From Rubrobacteraceae bacterium (GTDB lineage Bacteria; Actinomycetota; Rubrobacteria; Rubrobacterales; Rubrobacteraceae), in assembly GCA_049650095.1 (NCBI GenBank), contig JBARZM010000115.1, positions 1 through 62,935 of the forward strand: a stretch of DNA of 62,935 nucleotides. The letters run 5' to 3'. The notes beneath the pieces were generated by a model. The model made no database searches. It was not told the DNA's origin and was given only the letters and a program-made list of their open reading frames with translations. Positions 17,781-26,311 of this stretch are shown in pieces. The position numbers were made by a program, and so were the translations under genes. Position 1 is the stretch's first letter, and every line of letters begins with the position of its first letter.

Positions 17781-19424
17781 TCATGCTCCCGCGCTTCTCT
17801 CCGCGACCTTCGCGCCGCCGGTCTCGTCGGCGCTCTTTACGAACAGCCGGTCGAGGTACATCTTCAGTCCAACGATGTTCCCGGCCTCGCCCCGGTAGGC
17901 GACGTGGCCGTCGGGCCGGATGAGGTACAGGCTCGAAGTTTTCGCCCCATAGCTTCTGTGGAGTTTCCGGTTGCCGGTAGTCACCGGATGTACGTTCACG
18001 GTTACCTCGTAACGATTGAGCAGACCTTCGATCTCTTCCCGGGCCGCGGCCAACCTGTCAGGGTCCGGCTTTTCGCCCTCGAAGATGAGCAGGTGGTGGT
18101 CCGGGCCCCGGAGAGAGTCGAAGACGCTCTTGCCAGCGTCCGGTCTGGCCTCGAAGAATCCGTAGGGCGCGCGCTCTCCGGCCTTTGGTCCTTTCTTTAC
18201 CGGGCCGGACTGGTCGACGGCCGGGCTTTCGCGGTACTCCGTCCAGAGCTGGGAGACGAACCAGAAGGCCCACCTCCTAAGTACCGGCACCTGCGACACG
18301 ACCCGGAAGAGTGGGGGAGCCACGAACACCTTGAGCCGCTGGGCCAATGGATTGGTCGTATCTCCCACCAGAGAGAAGCCCCGGTCGGAGCCGCCCAGGA
18401 TAGCGCAGGCGAACGGCATGCGCTCGGCTTCGTAGGAGTCGAGTAGCGGTTCGCGGGCCTCGCCTTTTACGAGGAGCGCCAGCTTCCATCCCAGGTTGTA
18501 AGCGTCGCCGATGCCGGTGTTCATCCCCTGGCCTCCGGCGGGAGAGTGGATGTGGGCGGCATCACCCGCGAGAAATACGCGCCCGACCCGGAACCGCTCG
18601 GTCATCCGGCGGTGGGTACGGTAGATGCTGCCCCAGTGTAAGGCGGTGATCCTGGTCCGCAGGCCGCTATGCTCGTCGAGGGTGCGCTGAACATCCTCGG
18701 CCGTGATCTCCTCTTTGCCCTCCAAGTCCCCGGTCACGTTCCCTATAAGCCGGAACCGCCGGTCGCCGGGCATCGGAAACAACCCGTAGAAGCTCGCGGG
18801 CGTGAAGTCTATGTACACCCGATGGTCTCCCAATTCCCCCTCCATCTCCAGGTCGGCCAGAAACAAGGTCTGCTCGTAGGTGTCGCCCTCGAATTCCAAG
18901 CCCAACGAATGTCGTACCGGGCTGCTCGCCCCGTCCGCACCGACTACCCACTCCGCCTCGATAACCTCTTCCTCGCCACCGGGGCGCCGGACGGTAGCCC
19001 GAACACCGTCGGAGGTTTGGGAGAGATCCAGTAACTCCGTGTTCCACTCGACCCGACCACCGGCCTCTTCGAGACCCCGTATAAGCAGCCTCTCGGTCCT
19101 ATGCTGCTCGTAGATCAGGGCCATCGGATAGGGCGTACGCTGCTCCTGACCATCCTCGAAGAAGGAAAGTTCTCCGACACTCTTTCCTTCTCTGAGAAGT
19201 TCTGCGGCGCCCATCCTTTGCCCGTCTTCGACCGCCCGGTTGGCCAACCCGAGCTTGTCGAGAAGCTCCAGAATCTTGGCGTGTACCACGAGTGCCCGCG
19301 ATTCTTCCGTCGGGCCATCCGTCTTGTCCAGGATCTCGAAGTCCACCCCGCTTTGGGCCAGCACGTTCGCCATCGTGAGGCCCGTTGGTCCCGCTCCGAC
19401 GATTAGCACGTCCGTATTGGGCAT
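17781..19424 (-). CDS. FAD-dependent aromatic-ring monooxygenase (PheA/TfdB-like, C-terminal thioredoxin-like domain)
   Basis: 547 aa with the N-terminal dinucleotide fold VLIVGAGPTGLTMANVL, the GDAAHIHSPAGGQGMNTG motif and a long C-terminal extension. Confidence 0.85.
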   Translation of the reverse strand: MPNTDVLIVGAGPTGLTMANVLAQSGVDFEILDKTDGPTEESRALVVHAKILELLDKLGLANRAVEDGQRMGAAELLREGKSVGELSFFEDGQEQRTPYPMALIYEQHRTERLLIRGLEEAGGRVEWNTELLDLSQTSDGVRATVRRPGGEEEVIEAEWVVGADGASSPVRHSLGLEFEGDTYEQTLFLADLEMEGELGDHRVYIDFTPASFYGLFPMPGDRRFRLIGNVTGDLEGKEEITAEDVQRTLDEHSGLRTRITALHWGSIYRTHRRMTERFRVGRVFLAGDAAHIHSPAGGQGMNTGIGDAYNLGWKLALLVKGEAREPLLDSYEAERMPFACAILGGSDRGFSLVGDTTNPLAQRLKVFVAPPLFRVVSQVPVLRRWAFWFVSQLWTEYRESPAVDQSGPVKKGPKAGERAPYGFFEARPDAGKSVFDSLRGPDHHLLIFEGEKPDPDRLAAAREEIEGLLNRYEVTVNVHPVTTGNRKLHRSYGAKTSSLYLIRPDGHVAYRGEAGNIVGLKMYLDRLFVKSADETGGAKVAERSAGA

Positions 19425-19448
19425 CTTTTTCTCCTTTCCGCATCTCTC

Positions 19449-20099
19449 TTACGAAATTGCCTTCACATACAGATCTACTATCTCCTCGATCTTCTCTTTC
19501 GTGGGTGGTCGAGGGTCGCTGCCGGGGCGGAACAAGCCGTCAACCAGGGCGTAGCTGAGTAGCGGCCCCATGAACATCCGGATCATGACTTCCGGATCGC
19601 CCTCGACCGCCACACCGTGGTGCTGCGAACGTTGGATCATGGCGGTCCCTTCCCGGATGCCCCGCTCGGGGACCGTGGAACGGAAGATTTCACTGAGCTT
19701 CGGAAAACGATGCGAGTCGGCGATGATCGTACGCAGCAACGCCAGGTAGTCCGGGGCCATCATGGTGAGCATGAGCTTCTCGGCCAGCCCGACGAGCGTC
19801 GCCCGCAACTCTTCTCGACTCTTCGGGTCTATCCGTCGGGCCGCCTCGAGCAACTGCGTCTGCGGGTTCTCGACCGTGAGCTCCCGCAACACGTCCTCGA
19901 AGAGTTCTTCCTTACTCGGATAGTAGGCATACAGGGTCCGCTTGGAGACCCCAGCTTCCCGGGCTATCACGTCCGTGCTCGTGGCCGCGAAGCCCTCGCG
20001 CAAAAACACCACCTTCGCGCCGGAGAGGATCTGACCCCGCTTTGCCAAAGCCCTCGAATTCCACCCGTCGGATTTAGTAGCCAGAACCAGCCTCCTCAA
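19449..20099 (-). CDS. TetR-family transcriptional regulator
   Basis: HTH region FAATSTDVIAREAGVSKRTLYAYYPSKEELF. The exact start is uncertain because the TTG at 20099 lies inside a GAGGAGG. Confidence 0.85.
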   Translation of the reverse strand: MRRLVLATKSDGWNSRALAKRGQILSGAKVVFLREGFAATSTDVIAREAGVSKRTLYAYYPSKEELFEDVLRELTVENPQTQLLEAARRIDPKSREELRATLVGLAEKLMLTMMAPDYLALLRTIIADSHRFPKLSEIFRSTVPERGIREGTAMIQRSQHHGVAVEGDPEVMIRMFMGPLLSYALVDGLFRPGSDPRPPTKEKIEEIVDLYVKAIS

Positions 20100-20106
20100 G
20101 TAAACT

Positions 20107-20120
20107 AAACAGTACCGTTT
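20107..20120. promoter_or_regulatory. Imperfect palindrome AAACAGTACCGTTT, candidate TetR operator
   Basis: 12/14 self-complementary, located 8 nt upstream of the TetR ORF in an AT-rich gap. Confidence 0.3.
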
Positions 20121-20173
20121 TATTATTACCTGATGTTCCGTTTATGTCAAGGGGGTTCTTTTTTGGAATGGTT

Positions 20174-20872
20174 TTAGGCTAGAGAGAAAGCAAGTATGGC
20201 TGCGACGAGGGTGCAGGATACGTTGGTTAGTTCGTTGCCGATTTTGGGGATGAGGGCGCCGATCAGGCTATCGAATATCGTCCCTAGAAATGCCGCCGCC
20301 GCGACCAGGATCGCGGGGGCGGGGCTTTGGACTAGTCCGACGACGAACCCCAGATAGGCGGTTGATCCGGCAGCTAAGAGCCCGGCGAGGGTGCCCGGCA
20401 ACGAGATGGCGCCGTCCGTACCGGGGTGCGCTTTCGCGAGGGTGGTTATGAGGCGCGGCGCGGCGCTGAAGAGTTGCCCAACCTCGGACTCGGCGGTATC
20501 GGCGAAGGCGGCGCCCAAGGATGCCACGAAGGCGGCGGCGAAGGCTTCCGGGTACGGCGTGAGTGCGGCGAGCAGGGCGCAGAGCAGGGGCACGCCTCCG
20601 TTGGCCAGGGCGTTCTTCGCGCCGCGCCGCCCTCCCCCGCCTTCCGCCGTTCCGGAGCTTTCTTTGCGCCGGTAGCCTACTCTCGTCAGGAATGAGCCAC
20701 CAACAACGAAAAGGGCCAGGACGCTAAAGCCTTGCCAGCCGATGGACAGGTAGATCGGGGCGGCGATACCAAACCCTCCCAAGGCCCCTCCCCGGCCGAC
20801 CATGCCGAGCGCGTAGGCCAGGGCAGCGAATCCCGCCGGAACTACAAGACCAAGCACAACGTTCAAGATCAA
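20174..20872 (-). CDS. DUF92/TMEM19-family integral membrane protein
   Basis: 232-aa Gly/Ala-rich polytopic protein with a central RRKESSGTAEGGGGRRGAKNALANG loop typical of DUF92. Confidence 0.7.
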   Translation of the reverse strand: MILNVVLGLVVPAGFAALAYALGMVGRGGALGGFGIAAPIYLSIGWQGFSVLALFVVGGSFLTRVGYRRKESSGTAEGGGGRRGAKNALANGGVPLLCALLAALTPYPEAFAAAFVASLGAAFADTAESEVGQLFSAAPRLITTLAKAHPGTDGAISLPGTLAGLLAAGSTAYLGFVVGLVQSPAPAILVAAAAFLGTIFDSLIGALIPKIGNELTNVSCTLVAAILAFSLA

Positions 20873-21315
20873 CTACCCGGAGAAGCCGCCTGGAGCTTCC
20901 GGAGCCGGTCAAGGAGCCGGGCCGTATAGGCTTCACCTTCCGTCTTCGGGGCGGCTGGTACTAGCGCCGGCAGTACGTTTCCGGCCCTTACGCCGGCATC
21001 GGTCAGCGCACCGATTCCCTGGTAGAGGAGAGCGCCGGAGAGCGGGCTGGGCCTCTCGGGGACCGCGACGACCATGCCGCAAAGGCGCGAGCTTCCGGTG
21101 GCCTTCATCCCGATGTCTTCCACGGCCTCCGGACGGTCTTGGCCGATCACGAACACGTGCGCCAGGGAGTCTTCGAGCCCTCCCGGCCCCCCGGGCTCGC
21201 CCAGGCTTTTCCAAAGGGCGATAGTCTTGTCGTAGCCGGTCCCGAGCGCCGCCCGGGATATGCCGGACCAGAGGTCCCCGGCGACCCGTCGGGCCAGCGG
21301 ACTCTCGTAGTCCAC
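20869..21315 (-). CDS. Hypothetical protein
   Basis: 148 aa. 4-nt overlap with the downstream DUF92 gene suggests a real operon member. No recognised motif. Confidence 0.5.
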   Translation of the reverse strand: MDYESPLARRVAGDLWSGISRAALGTGYDKTIALWKSLGEPGGPGGLEDSLAHVFVIGQDRPEAVEDIGMKATGSSRLCGMVVAVPERPSPLSGALLYQGIGALTDAGVRAGNVLPALVPAAPKTEGEAYTARLLDRLRKLQAASPGS

Positions 21316-21366
21316 GAATATTCCTACCCGGGCTTCCGGAGTATGTTGGACGCCGCCCCCGCCCCT

Positions 21367-21714
21367 CTAACCTTCGCCGGAGGTTTCCCCAGCGGCGCGC
21401 TTCTCCAGCCGTTTGGAGAAAACGTCTATCTCTTTTACGGTCTGGAGGTCGCCGTTCTCCTGGGCGATGCCGCGTCCCTTCTCGAAGACCCGGCGCGCCT
21501 CGTTATCCTCGCGCATCTCGAATAGGGTGCGCCCCAGGGTTCTGTAGGCGACCGAATAGTCCGGCTTTTTCTCTACGGCCCGCTCCAGGTGCTCCCGGGC
21601 CTCCGGGTAGTTCTGTTCTTTGAACAACTCCGCGCCGAGAGAGTACAGGATCATCGGGTTGTCCGGGTTTTTCTCCAACAAATTACGGAACATTCCGGAG
21701 CGGGAAGCTTCCAA
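21367..21714 (-). CDS. TPR-repeat protein
   Basis: 115 aa with tandem 34-residue TPR-like repeats (ILYSLGAELFKEQNYPEAREHLERAVEKKPDYSVAYRTLG...). Confidence 0.7.
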   Translation of the reverse strand: MEASRSGMFRNLLEKNPDNPMILYSLGAELFKEQNYPEAREHLERAVEKKPDYSVAYRTLGRTLFEMREDNEARRVFEKGRGIAQENGDLQTVKEIDVFSKRLEKRAAGETSGEG

Positions 21715-21786
21715 GACCTAATCCCCTAGCGACGCGGGCCACGACGAATCCTTTTTAGCACGAAACGGTGGTCCCTGTTAAAACGT

Positions 21787-22131
21787 TTGGTTGTGGATGA
21801 GAATCGTTTGGACGAAAAGCGGCTTCTGGAAGCCCTCGCGTCGTCGCCGGAGTTGGAACCTTTCCGGAAGTTGGTGATGCCGCTCGTGGAATACGACCGG
21901 GAACGCGGCAGCGGCCTGATCAGGACCCTATCAGTCTATTTCGAGGCTGGCGCGAACGCCAGCGAGGCCGCCGACCGGCTTTTCCTGCACCGCAACAGCC
22001 TGCTTTACCGTCTGGAGCGCATCCAAACCCTCACTGGGTTAGACTTGAGAAAGCCCGAACCCATGCTGACCCTGCAGCTCGGGTTACTAGCTTTGAAGAG
22101 AGGAGCAAAGGATGAAACTAAGCACCCGTAA
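21787..22131 (+). CDS. PucR-family C-terminal HTH domain protein (sensor domains absent)
   Basis: 114 aa from a TTG start. TLSVYFEAGANASEAADRLFLHRNSLLYRLERIQTLTGLDL is the PucR C-terminal HTH signature. Only 72 nt of upstream spacer, so there is no room for the usual N-terminal domains. Confidence 0.65.
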   Translation: MVVDENRLDEKRLLEALASSPELEPFRKLVMPLVEYDRERGSGLIRTLSVYFEAGANASEAADRLFLHRNSLLYRLERIQTLTGLDLRKPEPMLTLQLGLLALKRGAKDETKHP

Positions 22132-22330
22132 CCGGCTTCCGGGGACTATCACCGAGATCGTGAAAGGCGAGGCCGCGGCGAAGGTGACGCTCCAGGTCGG
22201 CGACAACCACGTCGTCTCCCTGATAACCCGTGAAAGCGCCGACGAGATGGGTCTCGAGGTCGGACAACAGGCCAGCGCCCTGGTAAAGGCCACCGACGTA
22301 ATGGTCCTGACCGATGACGGCCTGGCCTAG
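22112..22330 (+). CDS. mop: Molybdenum-pterin/molybdate-binding Mop (TOBE) protein
   Basis: 72 aa. STRNRLPGTITEIVKGEAAAKVTLQVG...ALVKATDVMV matches the single-TOBE Mop family. Confidence 0.8.
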   Translation: MKLSTRNRLPGTITEIVKGEAAAKVTLQVGDNHVVSLITRESADEMGLEVGQQASALVKATDVMVLTDDGLA

Positions 22331-22348
22331 ATTCCGTAGCAGGAGATA

Positions 22349-23206
22349 TTACCCGGCCAGCTCCGCCGCTTTTCGGGTCAGGTACCGCGCGGTCAGGATG
22401 ACGGCGAAAGCGAAGCCCAACACCATTACGGAGAGGGCCACGGCGGCGTCGAAGTCGTTCTCCAAGGCCGAGTAAATCGCCAACGGCATGGTCTGCGTCA
22501 CTCCCTGTAGGTTGCCGGCGACTATGAGCGTACCGCCGAACTCCCCCAAAGCCCGCGCCCAGGCCGTCACCGCGCCGGCCATCAGGGCGGGGAACGCCAA
22601 CGGGACCGTGACCTTGAAAAAGACCATCCTTCGCCCCGCACCGTCTACCTGGGCGGCTTCTTCGACAACCCGGTCCACCCGGCCGAAACCCACGGCCGCT
22701 TGCCGCACGTAGAAGTGCGAGGCAACGAAAACCTGGGCCAAAACAACCGCCGCGGTCGTAAAGGTCAGCGTGACGCCAAACGCCTGCAGATATTGCCCCA
22801 GAAGCCCGAAACGGCCGAAGGCCAGCAGCAAAGCTATCCCCGCGGCCGATGGCGGCAGGACAGCGGGGATGTCGATCAACGTCTCCAGGATCCTCTTTCC
22901 CGGAAACTCGAAGCGGGCCAGCGCGTAGGCCGCGGGGGTCCCCAAAACGAGCACCACAACCATCGTCGCCCCGGTCGTTTTGGCGCTCAGGATCAGGGCT
23001 TCCACGGCCACCGGAGAAGCCATGGCCCGCCAGGACGCGCTACTTACCATCCAGACGACCAGGCTTAGCAGCGGAAGGCTTATGAACCCGGCGAGCAAGG
23101 ACAACGCGGCTACCGCGAGGCCCGAGGACAACAAGTCGTCCGCCCGAAGCCTCGAAAAGCGCCGGAGGCCGGCCTCCTTTGCGGCCCTATCCGCGCCGCC
23201 GATCAT
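22349..23206 (-). CDS. modB: Molybdate ABC transporter permease
   Basis: ATG 23206 overlaps the modA stop (ATGA). EAA-type loop EEAAQVDGAGRRMVFFKVTVPLA. 285 aa. Confidence 0.85.
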   Translation of the reverse strand: MIGGADRAAKEAGLRRFSRLRADDLLSSGLAVAALSLLAGFISLPLLSLVVWMVSSASWRAMASPVAVEALILSAKTTGATMVVVLVLGTPAAYALARFEFPGKRILETLIDIPAVLPPSAAGIALLLAFGRFGLLGQYLQAFGVTLTFTTAAVVLAQVFVASHFYVRQAAVGFGRVDRVVEEAAQVDGAGRRMVFFKVTVPLAFPALMAGAVTAWARALGEFGGTLIVAGNLQGVTQTMPLAIYSALENDFDAAVALSVMVLGFAFAVILTARYLTRKAAELAG

Positions 23207-24033
23207 GCCGGCTCGAAGCCCCACTTCCGCAAAACCCGCTGTCCTTCCTCGCTTAGCACGAACCGGGTCCACTCTCTCGCCAACGAGGGGTTCTCAGAGC
23301 TTTTTAGGGTGGCTATCGGGTAGGTGGCGACCACGTTTAGGCCTTCCGGTATCTCGACGACCTTTACGCGGTCCTTTATGTCAGGCGTCACGTCGCTGGC
23401 GTACCCGAAGGTGGCGTCGGCCTCCCCCAAGGCTACCCGGTTGACGGCCACCCGTACGTCGGCCTCCCGCGAGACCAGGTTGGAGACGACTTTCTTCTCG
23501 AAGTCGCTTCCGTAGCGGGCGTTTGCCTTGTCCAGTATCTTCCCGGCGTACTCGGCGGCTGGCACGCCGTCTTGGGCCAGAACGAACTTTACCCCGGGCT
23601 TGGACAGGTCTCTAAAGTCTTCGATGCCCGCCGGGTTTCTCTCGGGGACTATTACAACCTCCCGGTTGCGGGCGAAAGTCTTGGCGTTCCCGTCCACCAC
23701 GCCGTTCTCGATAGCGGCATCCATCTTGGCCGGGTCCGCCGAGGCGAACACGTCGGCCGGCGCGCCTTGCAGTATCTGGTTTAGCGCGACCGGGCTACCG
23801 GCGAAGCTGGCGCGCACCTCGACGCCCGGGTTCTCTTTCTCGAAGGCCTCTGCCAGCTCCCCGAACGCGTCGGTGAGCGAGGAAGCCGCGAAAACGTTGA
23901 GCGTGCCGCCTTCTCCACCGGCTCCCTCTTCCTGCCCTCCCGATGACGTTCCCGAAGCCGCCCCGCAACCCGTCAGAAGTCCGCCGACCAAGACTAGTAC
24001 CAGAAACGCGCGTAGCCGTGGAACTCTTCTCAT
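23203..24033 (-). CDS. modA: Molybdate-binding periplasmic lipoprotein
   Basis: Signal peptide plus lipobox LLTGC. ModA-like LNVFAASSLTDAF and YPIA motifs. Confidence 0.88.
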   Translation of the reverse strand: MRRVPRLRAFLVLVLVGGLLTGCGAASGTSSGGQEEGAGGEGGTLNVFAASSLTDAFGELAEAFEKENPGVEVRASFAGSPVALNQILQGAPADVFASADPAKMDAAIENGVVDGNAKTFARNREVVIVPERNPAGIEDFRDLSKPGVKFVLAQDGVPAAEYAGKILDKANARYGSDFEKKVVSNLVSREADVRVAVNRVALGEADATFGYASDVTPDIKDRVKVVEIPEGLNVVATYPIATLKSSENPSLAREWTRFVLSEEGQRVLRKWGFEPA

Positions 24034-24143
24034 CGCCGTCTCTCTCGGTAGCCTACACGGGTTACGGGAGGCTCATGCTAGATGAGGTACGGTTTTCTTT
24101 CTTCGTGCAACCTGCACGAATCCAGCCGAGAGTTCACCGGAGG
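24034..24143 (-). promoter_or_regulatory. Structured 5' leader of modA (candidate Moco-type riboswitch, unverified)
   Basis: A 7-bp long-range helix (24042-24048 with 24126-24132) encloses two hairpins (24104-24109/24113-24118 and 24072-24076/24082-24086). Confidence 0.3.
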
Positions 24144-25349
24144 TTAGGAGTAGGGTCCGGTCCTATCGTCGTCCGCCAGCCGCCGATAGCCTTCCGCCAC
24201 GCCGAGGACCTTCTTTACATACCAGTCTGCGTGGTTGTAGGAAAAGAGCGCGGCGTACCAGTCTTTCGGGGCGCCACCGGTCTTCAGGTATCGGGCCGCA
24301 GCCGGGATAGCGTCCCTCGGGTCCATTACGTTCGCCACGCCATCGCCGTTGCCGTCCACGCCGGAAGTCTTCCAGGTCGAGGGCATGAACTGCATCGGCC
24401 CCATCGCCCCGGCGCTCGACGGCCCCATGTTCTCCCCGTGATCCGACTCAACCTTGCCGACCGCCGCGAGTATGTACCAGTCCTTGCCGAACCCGTATTT
24501 CTCGGCAGATTTCTTATAAAGCTTTTTGTACCGCTTTTTGGAGATGGGTTTCACCGGCCGCGCGACGATGTCTTCGCGGGCGATCCTCAACTCACTCCGA
24601 CGCTGTACGCTCGGCCCCCCGTTGGCCGGCTTTGCGCGTAGAATGCGGGCCCGCTCCGCGCCCTGTAGCGCCTGTATCCGGGAGTCCGTCCGTACCCTAT
24701 CGTCCCGAACGCGGGATACCGCCGTTTCCAGCTTTTCTTCCCGCTGGCGCAACGCTTCGTTTCGCCGCCGCTCTTCCCTGACGGAGCTATCGTAGGCGGT
24801 CTTTTTCTCCGATACCTGAAGCACGGTGTTCTTTAACTTCCGCTGGGAATCCTGATACTCCCCCAAACTCAACCGCCCGTCGGAGAGAACCCTGGCTATG
24901 CGCCCATCAGCCAGGTCCCCCACGTCTCCATCTTTGCCCAAGACGATTCCAATCACCGAGGTCATGCCTTCGAGATTCCGTCCCTTGTACGCGGCGGTCG
25001 CCTGCTCTTCGTAGAGGCTCCTGGATCTCTCGAAGTTTTTCCGGGTTCCGGCGAGTTGCCCCTCGAGCGCTCGGGCTTGTCCTTCCAACTCCTGGCTCCG
25101 AACCTGGGCGGCATTCGCCTGAGTCTGGGCCTCTTGAAGCGACGACCCGACCGCGGATATCTCCTCCAGCCCCTGGGCCAGAGCGGCATCCTGCTCCGTG
25201 GATTGGGCCTCGAGGGCCAGGATCTTCGCGCCCGGCCCCGTCGTCTCTTGCGTCTGGGCGCCGGCGACTCCCGCAAACAGAACCGTCATTAAAAGTACGA
25301 TAAACCCACTGCAGACCTTCACCCAAACCTCCACATTACCGGAAAACAC
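24144..25349 (-). CDS. Secreted coiled-coil protein with C-terminal lytic transglycosylase (SLT-like) domain
   Basis: N-terminal signal/TM segment, ~250 aa of heptad-rich sequence, then ILAAVGKVESDHG...GAMGPMQFMPSTW...ALFSYNH, an SLT catalytic-Glu-type motif. Confidence 0.75.
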   Translation of the reverse strand: MFSGNVEVWVKVCSGFIVLLMTVLFAGVAGAQTQETTGPGAKILALEAQSTEQDAALAQGLEEISAVGSSLQEAQTQANAAQVRSQELEGQARALEGQLAGTRKNFERSRSLYEEQATAAYKGRNLEGMTSVIGIVLGKDGDVGDLADGRIARVLSDGRLSLGEYQDSQRKLKNTVLQVSEKKTAYDSSVREERRRNEALRQREEKLETAVSRVRDDRVRTDSRIQALQGAERARILRAKPANGGPSVQRRSELRIAREDIVARPVKPISKKRYKKLYKKSAEKYGFGKDWYILAAVGKVESDHGENMGPSSAGAMGPMQFMPSTWKTSGVDGNGDGVANVMDPRDAIPAAARYLKTGGAPKDWYAALFSYNHADWYVKKVLGVAEGYRRLADDDRTGPYS

Positions 25350-25438
25350 TCCCCAAGAAACCTTCCCTGGATCAACTCGTAGTCAAAGTATATACGAGGT
25401 ACTGTCGCTAGAGCTTTTCTCTTGCTTGTTTTGTTTCT

Positions 25439-26311
25439 TTATCCCTTGGTATCTTCGCCGCGCGTGAGCAGCTCCACGAGGGATTCCAGCTCTTCCCTCT
25501 CTCTGAACCTGATTTCCAGCTTGCCGCCTCTCCGGGAGGCACTGACTTTGACCGGTAATGAGACGGCGTCCTGGATCGCCCTTGAAGCCTGGCTATATTC
25601 TTCGGGCGCTGTTTTTGGTTTTGGCTCGCCGTCGCGTCCCGACTTCGGTTGGGCCGTCGCTTGTTCCCGGACTAGCTCCTCGGTTCTACGCACCGAAAGC
25701 TTCTCGGACCTTACCCTCGCGGCCAATTGGGTCATCTGCTCTTTGTCTCGAAGGCCCAAAAGCGCCCGGGCGTGGCCTTCGGTCAGACCACCTTCCAAAA
25801 GCATTTTTCTGATTCCGGATGGCAGATGCGCGAGGCGGAGCGTGTTCGTCACCGCCGTCCGGCTCTTTCCGAGCCTGCTCGCGAGCGCTTCTTTCGTTAT
25901 CCCGAAGCTTTCCATGAGGGCCTGGTACGCTGCCGCGGTCTCCAGTGGGTTCAGGTCTTCCCGCTGCAGGTTCTCGACCAGCGCCAGCTCCATGGACTCG
26001 TTGTCGGCGGCCTGCCGGATCAGTACCGGAACCCGATCCAGGCCCGCCTCTTTCGCGGCCCGTAGCCGGCGTTCCCCGGCGATAAGCTCGAATCCATTTT
26101 CCGTCGAACGCACCACGAGCGGCTGGAGGATTCCGACCTCGCGGATTGACGCGGCCAACTCCCGGATACCGGCCTCCGGGAAGGTGCTCCGAGGCTGGTG
26201 CGTGTTTGGCTGGATCGCCGTGGCGGGTATCTCCTCGAATTTCAGCCCCCCCACGCTCTCTCCGGTCGCTATAAGGGCTGATAGCCCCCTACCCAAACCC
26301 CTTCTACCCAC
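25439..26311 (-). CDS. parB: Chromosome partitioning protein ParB (Spo0J)
   Basis: GTG 26311 gives an N-terminal GRRGLGRGLSALI. Also has the ParB box LIAGERRLRAAKEAGL and an HTH. The track ORF's 23-aa extension overlaps parA. Confidence 0.9.
   Translation of the reverse strand: MGRRGLGRGLSALIATGESVGGLKFEEIPATAIQPNTHQPRSTFPEAGIRELAASIREVGILQPLVVRSTENGFELIAGERRLRAAKEAGLDRVPVLIRQAADNESMELALVENLQREDLNPLETAAAYQALMESFGITKEALASRLGKSRTAVTNTLRLAHLPSGIRKMLLEGGLTEGHARALLGLRDKEQMTQLAARVRSEKLSVRRTEELVREQATAQPKSGRDGEPKPKTAPEEYSQASRAIQDAVSLPVKVSASRRGGKLEIRFREREELESLVELLTRGEDTKG

Noticed and set aside
25375-25400. CTCGTA-N11-TACGAG hairpin downstream of parB, considered as a terminator.
   Set aside because: The stem is short and AT-containing with an 11-nt loop. 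There is no U-tract on either strand.
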